Shown here: positions 38,786 to 48,398 of the stretch, in pieces
Position numbering within the stretch: position 1 is the first letter of the stretch
Layout: every line of letters begins with the position of its first letter
Origin: Vicinamibacteria bacterium
GTDB lineage: Bacteria; Acidobacteriota; Vicinamibacteria; Marinacidobacterales; Marinacidobacteraceae
Reading direction: 5' to 3'
Length of the DNA: 64,000 bases
Assembly (NCBI GenBank): GCA_963668695.2
Contig: CAXXLQ010000004.1
Coordinates: forward strand, 3,200,001-3,264,000
The notes under the pieces: generated by a model
Databases searched by the model: none
The model's input: the letters and a program-made list of their open reading frames with translations, nothing else
What the model was told of the DNA's origin: nothing
Made by a program: the position numbers and the translations under genes

Positions 38786-41218
38786 ATGCGAAGCGCTCTC
38801 CGCTCCCTCCTGCAGAACCCCGGTTACGCGGCGCCCGCGTTCCTGGTGGTGGCACTCGGGGTCGGAGTGAACACGGCGGTCTTCACCGTGGTCCACGGGG
38901 CCCTGTTCGCGCCGCTGCCCTACCGCGCCCCGGACGAGCTGGTGCGGGTCGCGACCCAGTTCCCCAGCATGGGCTTCGACCGGTTCTGGATCTCCGCTCC
39001 GGAATACCTCGAATACCGGGAGTGGAGCGCGTCGTTCGCCGAGTCCGGCGTCTTCAACACCGGAACGTCCTCGATACAGGCCGGCGGGGCGCCGTTTCGC
39101 GGCCAGGTCGCTGCGGTCACCGCAAGCCTCTTCCCCACCCTGGGGATCTCCGCTTCCCACGGGCGGGTCTTCACCGGCGCCGAAGACCGACCCGGCACGG
39201 AGCCGGTCGTCCTCCTCTCGGACGGGGCCTGGCGGCGCTCCTTCGGCGCCGATCCCGAGATCCTCGGCGCGAGGATCACGGTGGACGGGATCCGGCGGAC
39301 GGTGGTGGGGGTATTGCCGCCCGGGGTGGATCTGCTCGACGGCCGGATCGAGTTCTGGACCCCGCTCGCCCTCGACCTCGCGAACCTCCCCGGCCGCGCC
39401 TCCCACAACTACACGATGGTCGCCCGGCTCGCGGACGGCGTCGCGCTCGACGCGGCCCGCGCCGAGTTGCCCGTGCTGCTCGAACGCTGGCGATCGGAGT
39501 CCCTGGACACCCACGCGCCCGATCCCGAGTTCCACCCGGTGGTCCTGTTCGACCTCCACGAGGACGTCGCCGGCGATCACCGCGATCGGTTGCTCGCGCT
39601 CTTCGCGCTCTCCGGGCTCCTGCTGCTCGCCGCCTGCGCCAACCTCGCGAACCTCATCCTGGGGCGCGCCGAGGCGCGGCGCGGGGACTTCGCACTGCGG
39701 ACCGCGCTCGGCGCCCGCCGCGCCGAGGCCGTGCGGCCGTTCGTCGCCGAAGGGCTGATCCTCGCCGGGCTCGGCGGCGCCGCGGGCGTCCTGCTGGCGC
39801 GGGCCGGGGTCGGGGCGCTGCTCGCCGCCTACTCGAGCGGGATCCCCCGGGTCGCCGAGATCGGGATCTCGGGCCCGGTGCTGGCCTTCGCCCTCGCCTC
39901 GATCGCGATCACCGGCGCGGTCTTCGGCCTGGCGCCCGCGACCCACCTCGCCACCGGCCGCCGGCAGGCGCAGCTGCTGCGGGAACTCTCTGCCGGCGGG
40001 GTGCGGACGACGCCGCGCCGCCGCCTCGCGCGGCAGGCGCTGGTCGCCGTCGAGGTCGGCCTGTCCGCGGTACTGCTGGTCGCCTGCCTGTTGCTCGTGC
40101 GCAGCCTCGCCGCCATCCGGCAGACCGACCCCGGATTCGCGCCGGAGAACCTCGCCACCTACCAGACCTTCCTCCCGGATACCGACTACCCGGAGGCTCT
40201 CGACCAGCTCGCCTTCCTGGAGCGGCTGCGCGCCCGGCTCGCCGCCGTGCCCGGTGTCACCTCGGTCACCTACATGAGCGGACTGCCGCCCCGGCGGAGG
40301 CTGAACGCCAACGATACGGATATCGAAGGAATGCCCGAAGGCGAAGGGTTCCCGACCCAGAACATGGATTACTGGCAGTTCGCCGGGCCCGGGTATTTCG
40401 AAACGATGGGGATTCCGCTGCTGGCGGGCCGGGGATTCACCCCGTCCGACGACGGTGGTGCGACCCCGGTGGCGGTCGTGAACCGGACGGCGGCGGAGTT
40501 GTTCTGGCCCGGCCAGGACCCGGTGGGACGCCGGCTGCGGCCGCCCGGGCCCGGCGTCCCCTGGTTCACGATCGTCGGGGTGGCCGAGGACGTGAAACAG
40601 GGCGGCCTCGAGGTGGAAACCGGCACCGAGGTCTATTTCCACTATCCCCAGACGGCGGCGGGGGTAGGTTTCGCACCGCGGACGGTGAACCTGGTCACCC
40701 GCGCGGCGCTTCCGCCCGAGGCCCTCGCGCCGGCGGTCCGGGAGGCCACCCACGCGCTCGACCCGGCACTCCCGGTGGACGGCTTCCGGAGCATGGAGGC
40801 GGTACTTTCCGATTCGGTCGCCGGGCCGCGGTTCCTCGCCCTGCTGCTCGTCGTCTTCGCGGGGCTCGCGGTCGCACTCGCCGCCGTGGGGGCGGGTAGC
40901 GTGGTCGCGGCGCTCGCCGCCGAGCGCACCTCCGAGCTGGGAGTGCGGATGGCGCTCGGCGCCACCCGGGGAGACGTGTTACGCCTGGTGCTCGGCCAGG
41001 GGATGCGGCTCGCCGCGCTCGGGCTCGCCGTCGGCGCGGCCGTCGCGTGGGCGGCGGGCCGGCTGCTCCAGAGCCTGCTCTTCGGGGTGAGCGCTACCGA
41101 CCCCGTGTCCTTTGCGGCGGCCTTCGGGATCGTCCTCGCGGCCGCGGCGCTCGCCTGCGTGCTCCCGGCCCGCCGCGCCGCCGGCCTCCAACCGACCGAG
41201 GCTCTGCGCCACGGATAG
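38786..41218 (+). CDS. ADOP-family duplicated MacB/FtsX-like ABC permease
   Basis: ALGVGVNTAVFT, ACANLANL..R..R..FALRTALGA, and RTSELGVRMALGATRGDV...PARRAA; two MacB_PCD/FtsX units. Confidence 0.92.
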   Translation: MRSALRSLLQNPGYAAPAFLVVALGVGVNTAVFTVVHGALFAPLPYRAPDELVRVATQFPSMGFDRFWISAPEYLEYREWSASFAESGVFNTGTSSIQAGGAPFRGQVAAVTASLFPTLGISASHGRVFTGAEDRPGTEPVVLLSDGAWRRSFGADPEILGARITVDGIRRTVVGVLPPGVDLLDGRIEFWTPLALDLANLPGRASHNYTMVARLADGVALDAARAELPVLLERWRSESLDTHAPDPEFHPVVLFDLHEDVAGDHRDRLLALFALSGLLLLAACANLANLILGRAEARRGDFALRTALGARRAEAVRPFVAEGLILAGLGGAAGVLLARAGVGALLAAYSSGIPRVAEIGISGPVLAFALASIAITGAVFGLAPATHLATGRRQAQLLRELSAGGVRTTPRRRLARQALVAVEVGLSAVLLVACLLLVRSLAAIRQTDPGFAPENLATYQTFLPDTDYPEALDQLAFLERLRARLAAVPGVTSVTYMSGLPPRRRLNANDTDIEGMPEGEGFPTQNMDYWQFAGPGYFETMGIPLLAGRGFTPSDDGGATPVAVVNRTAAELFWPGQDPVGRRLRPPGPGVPWFTIVGVAEDVKQGGLEVETGTEVYFHYPQTAAGVGFAPRTVNLVTRAALPPEALAPAVREATHALDPALPVDGFRSMEAVLSDSVAGPRFLALLLVVFAGLAVALAAVGAGSVVAALAAERTSELGVRMALGATRGDVLRLVLGQGMRLAALGLAVGAAVAWAAGRLLQSLLFGVSATDPVSFAAAFGIVLAAAALACVLPARRAAGLQPTEALRHG

Positions 41219-41317
41219 CGGGCCGCCGCCGGGGCGAGCGCTGTCTATCCTCGCAGGGTGGTGCCGCGCCGTCCCTCCGTCCCACGTCGGGTCCAGGCAA
41301 TGGACGAGCGTGCCGAC

Positions 41318-41386
41318 GGGAGTTTCGCGGCCGCTGGCCGCGATGCTGGCCAGTTCTCCCGGTGGGGGCGTGAACACCGGCGTTCC
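41318..41386 (+). repeat. REP-like copy carrying the tag insertion
   Basis: Aligns to 38517-38566 once CAGTTCTCCCGGTGGGGGC is removed. Confidence 0.8.
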
Positions 41387-41392
41387 TGGGTG

Positions 41393-42781
41393 TCAGACCA
41401 TCGCTTCCGGGCGGACCCAGGCGTCGAACTGTTCGGCAGTGAGGAGGCCCAGGGCCAGCGCCGCTTCCTTGAGCGAAGTCCCGTCGTTGTACGCCTTCTT
41501 GGCAATCCGCGCCGCGTTGTCGTACCCGAGGTGCGGGTTCAGCGCGGTGACCAGCATGAGCGAACGCTCCAGGTTTTCGCGCAGGCGGTCCAGGTTCGGC
41601 TCGATGCCCACCACGCACCGCTCGCGGAAGGAGTCGCAGCCGCCCTCGATGAGCCGGGTGCTTTGCAGGAAATTGTGGGCGATCAGCGGCTTCATCACGT
41701 TCAGCTCGAAGTTGCCCCCTGCCCCGCCGATCCCGATCGCCACGTCGTTTCCGAGCACCTGCGCCGTCGCCATCAGCAGCGCTTCCGACTGGGTCGGGTT
41801 CACCTTGCCCGGCATGATCGAACTCCCCGGCTCGTTCGCCGGGATCCGGATCTCCCCGATTCCGGAACGGGGGCCGGAGGCCAACCAGCGGATGTCGTTC
41901 GCGATCTTGTGGAGCGACACCGCCACCGTCTTCAGCGCCCCGTGGGCAGCCACCAGCGCGTCCTTCGAGGCGAGCGCCTCGAACTTGTTGGGGGCGGTCA
42001 CGAACTCGCACCCGGTGAGCCGGGTGAGCCAGGTCGCAGCCCGCGCCCCCATCTCGGGATGGGCGTTCAGGCCGGTCCCCACCGCGGTGCCCCCGAGCGC
42101 CAACTGGCGGAGATGGGGGAGCGACGCCTCGATCCGCGCAGCGCCGTGGTCGAGCTGGGCGGCGTAGCCCGAAAACTCCTGCCCGAGGGTGAGCGGAGTG
42201 GCGTCCTGGAGGTGGGTGCGTCCGATCTTGACCACCGAGCGGAAGGCTTCCGCGCGTTCGGCGAGCGCCGCGCCGAGAGCCCGGACCGCGGGAAGCACCC
42301 GCTCCTCGAGGGCCAGGACCGCCGCCACGTGCATTGCGGTCGGGAACACGTCGTTCGACGACTGCCCCCGATTCACGTCGTCGTTCGGGTGGACGAGGCG
42401 GCTTTCGCCGCGCGGCCCGCCGAGGATTTCGCTGGCCCGGTTCGCAAGCACCTCGTTCAGGTTCATGTTGGACTGGGTGCCGCTGCCGGTCTGCCAGACG
42501 AGGAGCGGGAACTCGCTCTCGTGTTCTCCCGCGAGGACCTCGTCGGCGGCGGCCGCGATGGCGTCCGACTTCTCCTCGGTGAGCCGGCCGAGGTCCCGGT
42601 TGACGAGCGCCGCCGCCTTCTTGACGAGCGCGAGCGCCGAGACGATCTCCCGGGGCATCCGTTCGCCGGAGATGCGGAAGTTCCGCCGGGAGCGCTCGGT
42701 CTGCGCCCCGTAGAGCCGCTCCGCGGGAACGGCCACCTCGCCGAGGGTGTCCCTCTCGATTCTGGTCTCTGACTGCGTCAA
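41393..42781 (-). CDS. fumC: Class II fumarate hydratase
   Basis: [19 protein letters not shown] and [11 protein letters not shown] motifs; TTG start at 42781 with GAGGA RBS. Confidence 0.97.
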   Translation of the reverse strand: MTQSETRIERDTLGEVAVPAERLYGAQTERSRRNFRISGERMPREIVSALALVKKAAALVNRDLGRLTEEKSDAIAAAADEVLAGEHESEFPLLVWQTGSGTQSNMNLNEVLANRASEILGGPRGESRLVHPNDDVNRGQSSNDVFPTAMHVAAVLALEERVLPAVRALGAALAERAEAFRSVVKIGRTHLQDATPLTLGQEFSGYAAQLDHGAARIEASLPHLRQLALGGTAVGTGLNAHPEMGARAATWLTRLTGCEFVTAPNKFEALASKDALVAAHGALKTVAVSLHKIANDIRWLASGPRSGIGEIRIPANEPGSSIMPGKVNPTQSEALLMATAQVLGNDVAIGIGGAGGNFELNVMKPLIAHNFLQSTRLIEGGCDSFRERCVVGIEPNLDRLRENLERSLMLVTALNPHLGYDNAARIAKKAYNDGTSLKEAALALGLLTAEQFDAWVRPEAMV

Positions 42782-42881
42782 CGGATCCTCCCGCGCGGCA
42801 CGGTCGCTGCCGCCGGAATCGTACCGTGCCGGAGGCGCGGCAGCGGCGCACCGCCTCGCGGTTCCCGGCCTCGGAACCGGG

Positions 42882-42902
42882 TGCTGGCACACGGTGCTAG
42901 CA
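42882..42902. promoter_or_regulatory. Probable antitoxin operator (TGCTGGCA / TGCTAGCA)
   Basis: Two 8-bp near-palindromes just upstream of the FitA-like antitoxin, resembling the FitAB operator half-site. Confidence 0.5.
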
Positions 42903-42935
42903 TCGTTGATCCATCACCAACCCAGGGAGGCGCCC

Positions 42936-43226
42936 ATGAGTTACGCCATCACGGTCCGCGGTCTCGACGAGCGCGAGAAGTCCTGGCTGCAGGCGGAAGC
43001 CAGAGAAGCCGGGATTTCGATGGAGGAGTTCGTCCGGCGCATGATCCGCGCGGAGCGGGAACGGCGAATCGGTAGCGAGAGCGTGTCCGACATCGTTCTT
43101 CGATACTTCGGACCGGAACACGGAGTGGAGTTGCCGCCGCGCGGTCAGTATGGCTATCGGCCCCTTGAATTTCCCGAAGACGAATTTCCCGCGGACGAAC
43201 TCCCCGCGGACGAAGGGACACCCTGA
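42936..43226 (+). CDS. FitA-like ribbon-helix-helix antitoxin
   Basis: ITVRGLDE...AREAGISMEEFVRRMI...FGPEHGVELP; upstream of a PIN toxin. Confidence 0.85.
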   Translation: MSYAITVRGLDEREKSWLQAEAREAGISMEEFVRRMIRAERERRIGSESVSDIVLRYFGPEHGVELPPRGQYGYRPLEFPEDEFPADELPADEGTP

Positions 43227-43228
43227 GA

Positions 43229-43666
43229 GTGTCCTGCGCCTGGCTCCTCGACGCGAACATCGTCTCGGAACTCATGAGGCCGACGCCGAGTCCCACCGTC
43301 CTCGGTTTTCTGAATCGGATCGGCCCTGATGGGCTCGGACTTGCTTCCGTCACCGCCTGGGAAATCCTGAACGGTCTTGGAATGATGTCCGCCGGTAAAC
43401 GCCGCTCCGAACTGACGGAGCGATTTCATGGATTCTGCGAACGCCTGTTTCGGGATCGCATCGTGGACTGGACGCTCGAGGACGCCCGGATCTGCGCCCG
43501 GATCATGGAGGAAAGGCGCCGAGGCGGTGAATCGCTCGACGGGCAACTCGCCGACGCTTTCTTGGCGGCCGCTGCGGTCCGGCGGAACCTGACGATCGTC
43601 ACCCGGAACACCCGTGACTTCCGGAACACCGGCGCCCGCACGGTCAACCCCTGGGCTGTCGGCTGA
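43229..43666 (+). CDS. vapC: VapC/FitB PIN-domain toxin
   Basis: LLDANIVSELMRP, EI..G, DAFLAA and TRNTRDF..NPW motifs. Confidence 0.92.
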   Translation: MSCAWLLDANIVSELMRPTPSPTVLGFLNRIGPDGLGLASVTAWEILNGLGMMSAGKRRSELTERFHGFCERLFRDRIVDWTLEDARICARIMEERRRGGESLDGQLADAFLAAAAVRRNLTIVTRNTRDFRNTGARTVNPWAVG

Positions 43667-43681
43667 CCCGGAGGTCGCGGC

Positions 43682-45571
43682 TCAGCGGCAGACGCCGAGG
43701 TGGCGCGCGAAGAACTCCTCGACGCGCTGGTAGAGGGCGATCCGGTTGTCGGGGTCGCGGAAGCCGTGGCCCTCGGGATAGGTGTGCGCCTCGTACTCGA
43801 TGCCGTGTTCTTCGAACGCCGCCACCGCGAGTTCGAAGTTCAGGAAGGGCGCCCGGACATCGCGGTCGCCGTGCTGGATGAGGACCGGCGCAGTGATGTT
43901 TCCGATGCGGGCCAGGGTCTCCGTCTTGTCATAGATCTCGGGCCGCTCGTCGGGGAGTCCGCCGTGGCCGTCCACGGTGAACACCCTGCCGAGCCGGTCC
44001 TGGTGCTCGAAGGTCTGCCGCTGGGAGTAGATCCCCGCCATCGGCGCCGCGGCGTCGAACTTGTCCGGCGTGCGGGTGATGGCCGCCATGCTCTGCATGC
44101 CCCCGTAGCTGTAGCCGTAGATGCCGACCCTGCCGCTCACGTAGGGCTCTGCCCGCAGCCAGTCGGCCGCCGCTCCGGGATCGAGGGCCTGTCCGTTCAG
44201 CCAGTCCTCGTCGCCGAGGTCCTGGAACTCCCGCCCGAAGCCGGAGCCGCCCCGGTAGTTCACCGCGAGCACCACGAAGCCCCGCGAGGCGAGGTACTGC
44301 TCGGTCAGGTTGGGACCCGCGAGGTAGGAATTCGTGCCGCCGCCGTGCACCTGGACGAGCGCCGGGCAGACGGCGCCCTCTTCCACCGCCTCCGGGAGGT
44401 AGAGGAAGCCCTGGATGTAGTGGCCGTCAAAGCTCCGGTAGGAAACCTCGCGCGGGGCCCGCACTCCTTCCCACACCGGGGACAGCCGGGTCCGCCGCTC
44501 CGCCGGGCCTCCCGCCGCCGAGACCGTGTAGAGCTCGGCGCCTTCGTTGGAGGAAGAGCGCACGAAGGCGAACCCCTCCGCCCCCGCGCTCGCCGAGAGG
44601 CTCGAGAACACCCCGCCGAGGTTCGTCACCCGGGTGGCGGCGCCCCCGGCGGCTGGCACGGACCAGAGGTAGTGCTCGCCGCGTTCCTGGTGCGCGAAGA
44701 AGAGCCGCGAGCCGTCCCCGGACCAGAACGGCCGGAAGCGGTAGGCGGTCGCGAAGGACGACATCGGGACGGGTTCTTCGGGCCCGCCCGCCGGGTCGAG
44801 GAGGTAGAGATCGGCGATGTCCAGGTACCAGTACTGCTCCTTCTTCACCGCCAGCACCGCGATGTGGCTCCCGTCGGGGGACCACGCCGGGGCCGTGGAG
44901 ATGGCGCGCAGGGAATCCGTCAACTGGCGCTCGGTTCCGGTCGCCACGTCCGCCAGCCAGACGTCGTCGGACCAGGTGTCCGCCTTATTCGCCACGTAGG
45001 CAACGGTCTCCCCGTCCGGCGACCACGACACCCCGAAACGCACCTCGTCGGCGGTCATCGCGCCGGAGGTGAGTTGACGGGGCTCGCCGCCCGCCGCTGG
45101 CACCAGCCAGACGTCCTGGCTGCCGCTCGCGCTCGCCAGGACCGCGACGGTGGCTCCCTCGGGAGACCAGGCAGGGGCGCGGACTCCCTCGAGCCCGTCG
45201 GTCAGCGGGGCGGCATCCGGATCTCCGACCGGAGCGGCGAAGAGGTTTCCGTCCCGCAGGAAGGCGACCCGCCCGCCGTCCGGCGACCAGGCCGGCGAGC
45301 TTCCGGTGAGCCAGAAACGCAGCACCGGCGGCTTCTCGGTGAGGTCCAGGAGGTGGATCCCGCGGCCGTCAGCGCTTTCGGCGACCGCCGCGACCCAGCG
45401 CCCGTCGGGGGAGATGGCTGCCTGAAAGACGCCGCCGCGGGCGTCGCGGAAGATGTTCTCGAGGGTGAGGGGGACGGCGCCCGACTCGACCGGATCCGAG
45501 GGGCTGCCGCAGGCGACGAGGGCGAGCACCGCAAGTCCGCAGCATGTCGCAAAGGCCCGCGCCGACAACAT
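43682..45571 (-). CDS. S9 family peptidase with beta-propeller repeats (lipoprotein)
   Basis: LVAC lipobox, repeated WSPDG, VHGGG, NYRGGSGFG, GYSYGG nucleophile, HGDRD and EGHGF. Confidence 0.93.
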   Translation of the reverse strand: MLSARAFATCCGLAVLALVACGSPSDPVESGAVPLTLENIFRDARGGVFQAAISPDGRWVAAVAESADGRGIHLLDLTEKPPVLRFWLTGSSPAWSPDGGRVAFLRDGNLFAAPVGDPDAAPLTDGLEGVRAPAWSPEGATVAVLASASGSQDVWLVPAAGGEPRQLTSGAMTADEVRFGVSWSPDGETVAYVANKADTWSDDVWLADVATGTERQLTDSLRAISTAPAWSPDGSHIAVLAVKKEQYWYLDIADLYLLDPAGGPEEPVPMSSFATAYRFRPFWSGDGSRLFFAHQERGEHYLWSVPAAGGAATRVTNLGGVFSSLSASAGAEGFAFVRSSSNEGAELYTVSAAGGPAERRTRLSPVWEGVRAPREVSYRSFDGHYIQGFLYLPEAVEEGAVCPALVQVHGGGTNSYLAGPNLTEQYLASRGFVVLAVNYRGGSGFGREFQDLGDEDWLNGQALDPGAAADWLRAEPYVSGRVGIYGYSYGGMQSMAAITRTPDKFDAAAPMAGIYSQRQTFEHQDRLGRVFTVDGHGGLPDERPEIYDKTETLARIGNITAPVLIQHGDRDVRAPFLNFELAVAAFEEHGIEYEAHTYPEGHGFRDPDNRIALYQRVEEFFARHLGVCR

Positions 45572-45668
45572 GAATGCGCTTCGGCAAAGCGGCAGGTGGG
45601 TTGGTCTCGAGGGTGGTTCCGGCATCATGATTATGGTGACACTGCTTTCCGCTGACTGGAAGCGGCCG

Positions 45669-45896
45669 ATGCCTGCGAACCGCCAGAAGTTCTCCACCCG
45701 GGTCAATAGCGAAACCCTTGCCCAGGTTCGCAAAATCGCGGCGGAAGAGGATCGTCAGCACCAGGCAGTGGTCGACGAAGCGCTGGCTGACCTCGTGGAG
45801 AAGCGAAGGCAGGTCCGTCCCCGGCCGCACGTCGTTGCGGCCTGTCGGGGGAGTCTCGACAAATACGACGAGCTGTACCAGAAGCTCGCGAAATGA
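45669..45896 (+). CDS. RHH-like antitoxin, paralog 1 (toxin lost)
   Basis: MPANRQKFSTRVNSETLAQVRKIA...LVDEAL..YQKLAK, close paralog of 51719-51946. Followed by ATGAGGGACTAACCTCACC, a remnant of the doc start. Confidence 0.8.
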   Translation: MPANRQKFSTRVNSETLAQVRKIAAEEDRQHQAVVDEALADLVEKRRQVRPRPHVVAACRGSLDKYDELYQKLAK

Positions 45897-45964
45897 GGGA
45901 CTAACCTCACCCCGGCGGCCCCCACCATCGCCGTCTCAACCTCGCCCGATCGAAGGAGGCCGAC

Positions 45965-47215
45965 ATGCGTAGCGGCATTGTTCTGCTGGCGGCTTGGCTC
46001 CTGGCCCCCGCCCCGGAGGCGTGGGCCGGGCAGGCCGGCCCCGAGGCGGAACCCATCACGCTGGCCCGGGTGCTCGCGGCCGGACGTGCCGAGTCGCCGG
46101 CGATCGCCGCGGCGCGGTCCCGCGAGGATGCGGCTGCCGCTGCGGCCGGCGCGGCCGGGCGTTGGCCCAATCCCGCAATCGAATTGCGGAGCGAGAACTG
46201 GGGCGCCGGCGTGCCCGGAGGCCTGCGGAAGGACAGCTTCGCCACCCTCACCCAGACGCTGGAACTCGGCGGCAAGCGGGGCGCCCGGCGGGGGATCGCC
46301 GAGGCCGAGGCGGAGGACGCCCGCGCCGCGACCTTCGCGACAACGCAGACGATCGAACGCGAGATCGCCGCGCGCTACCTCGACGCCGTCCGCCTGCGGG
46401 ATCGGACGGGCATCCTGACGGCCCAGCGCGACGCCCTCGACGAACTGGTCCGCATCCTCGAACGCCGCGTGGCCGAAGGTCTGGCGCCCGACGCCGAGCG
46501 CGCCCGCCTCGCGGCCGAACGGACCACCGTCGCCATCGCGGCGACCCGAGCCGAAGTGGCGGCCGACCGGGCTTTCCTGGAACTCCGGGCGCTCGCCGCC
46601 CTTCCGGGCGGGATAACGGCGGAGGCCCTCGTCCGGCCCGAGCCGATCCCGGTGCCCACGGGAGATCCGGAGGCGCTCGCCAACGGCGCCGCGGCCGCGC
46701 GCCCCGATGTCCGCGCGGCAGCCGCACGGGTCGAGACCGCACAACGGGAGCTCCGTCTGGAGAACTCCCTCCGGATTCCCGACCTGACGGTGAACACCGG
46801 CCTGAAGCGGACGCTCGAGACGAACACCGGCGTTTTCGCGCTGCGAGTGAGCCTGCCGCTGTTCGACCGGCGCCAGGTGGCCACCACCCTGGCGCGCGGA
46901 GAGGTCCGGGCCGCCGAACTCGAACGGGATGCGGTCACCCGGCTTGCCGCCGCGGACGCCATCGCCGCGCTCCTGACCGCGCACCGGCTGGCCGAGGCTG
47001 CCGCCGGCGCGGCCTCGCAACTGGTTGAGCCGGCGACGATCGCGCGCACCGCGATGCGGTCGGCGTTCAACCTCGGCGCGGCGGACCTCCTCCTCGTCGT
47101 GGACAGGGAGCGCGCCTACGCCGACGCCCGCCTGCTCGAGAACGACATCCAGATCGAAGCCGTCGCCGCCGCCATCGCGGCGCGGCTCGCCCTGGGGGAG
47201 GCGCCCCTGCCATGA
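45965..47215 (+). CDS. TolC-family outer membrane protein (CzcC-like)
   Basis: WPNP, LELGGKRGAR, IPDLTV and SLPLFDR motifs. Confidence 0.88.
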   Translation: MRSGIVLLAAWLLAPAPEAWAGQAGPEAEPITLARVLAAGRAESPAIAAARSREDAAAAAAGAAGRWPNPAIELRSENWGAGVPGGLRKDSFATLTQTLELGGKRGARRGIAEAEAEDARAATFATTQTIEREIAARYLDAVRLRDRTGILTAQRDALDELVRILERRVAEGLAPDAERARLAAERTTVAIAATRAEVAADRAFLELRALAALPGGITAEALVRPEPIPVPTGDPEALANGAAAARPDVRAAAARVETAQRELRLENSLRIPDLTVNTGLKRTLETNTGVFALRVSLPLFDRRQVATTLARGEVRAAELERDAVTRLAAADAIAALLTAHRLAEAAAGAASQLVEPATIARTAMRSAFNLGAADLLLVVDRERAYADARLLENDIQIEAVAAAIAARLALGEAPLP

Positions 47216-48396
47216 CTCGTGCCGCCGTCCTTGCGCTGATCCTGCTCGGCGGCCTCGCCTGCCGGAATCGGCCCGAAGACGCTGCTCCGTCCGCCGCCAC
47301 CGCGGATCCCTCGACCGGGATCGTCACGATGACCGAAGCGGGCCGCGCGGCCGCCGGCATCACCACCGCCGCGGTGCGGGAAGTGACCCGGGCCGAGGCG
47401 CTCGAAGCGGTCGGGGTGGTGAGCCTCGACGAGCGGCGCACCGCGCGTCTCGGCGCCATCGTGGACGGCGTCGTCGCCGAGGTCCCGGTGCAGCCGGGAG
47501 ACCGGGTGGAGGCCGGAGCGGTCCTTGTGCTCATCCTCAGCCACGCGGTGCACGATGTCTGGGCCGAGTACTTCATGGCCGGAGCCCGCCAGCAGCACGC
47601 CGAGGCCGAAGTGAACTACGCGCGGACGGCGGCGGCGCGCGCCGAACGCCTGGTGGCCGACAAGGCGCTCGCGGCGCAGGAGCTGGAACGGGTCCGGGCC
47701 GACCTGAGCGCGGCCGAGGAGGAATTGGCTTCTGCCCGGGCCGATGTCCGGCGGACCGAGCAGGATCTTCGGCACTACGGCCTGACCCCCAGCCCGGACG
47801 CCGATCCGAACGAGAACGAGCACGTACCGATCCGCGCGCCGTTCGCCGGCGCGGTCATCGAGCGGCAGACTTCGCCGGGAGCGGCGGTCACCCTCGGTGA
47901 ACCGCTGGTGGTCGTTTCGGATCTGTCACGCGTCTGGATCACCGCCGAGGTCGGCGAGACCGACCTGCACCGCCTGTCGGTCCCCGAGCCCGTCGAGTTC
48001 CGGGTGACGGCCTGGCCCGACGAGGTCTTCTCCGCCACGCTCACCACCATCGGCGACGTCATCAATCCGGCTACCCGCCGGATCATGATCCGCGCCGAGG
48101 CGGACAACGCGGACGGCCGCCTCAAACCCGAGATGTTCGCGACCCTGAGGGTCGCGTCGGAGGCGCCGCGCCGTTACCTCGTCGTTCCGGAGGCGGCGGT
48201 GCAAACGCTCCAAGGCGAGACGGTCGTGTTCGTCGAGGCCGGTCCCGGCGAGTTCCGGCGCCGGGCAGTAACCCCCGGGGTCGTCTTCGACGGCGACATC
48301 GAGATCCGCGAGGGCCTCTCGGCGGGTGAAACGGTCGCTACCGGCGGCGCGTTCCTGCTCAAGTCGGCGCTGATCGGCCTCCCGGAAGAGGAATAG
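47212..48396 (+). CDS. RND periplasmic adaptor (CzcB-like)
   Basis: IRAPFAG, DLSRVW, TRRIMIR, LKPEMF and GAFLLKS motifs. Confidence 0.9.
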   Translation: MTRAAVLALILLGGLACRNRPEDAAPSAATADPSTGIVTMTEAGRAAAGITTAAVREVTRAEALEAVGVVSLDERRTARLGAIVDGVVAEVPVQPGDRVEAGAVLVLILSHAVHDVWAEYFMAGARQQHAEAEVNYARTAAARAERLVADKALAAQELERVRADLSAAEEELASARADVRRTEQDLRHYGLTPSPDADPNENEHVPIRAPFAGAVIERQTSPGAAVTLGEPLVVVSDLSRVWITAEVGETDLHRLSVPEPVEFRVTAWPDEVFSATLTTIGDVINPATRRIMIRAEADNADGRLKPEMFATLRVASEAPRRYLVVPEAAVQTLQGETVVFVEAGPGEFRRRAVTPGVVFDGDIEIREGLSAGETVATGGAFLLKSALIGLPEEE

Positions 48397-48398
48397 CG

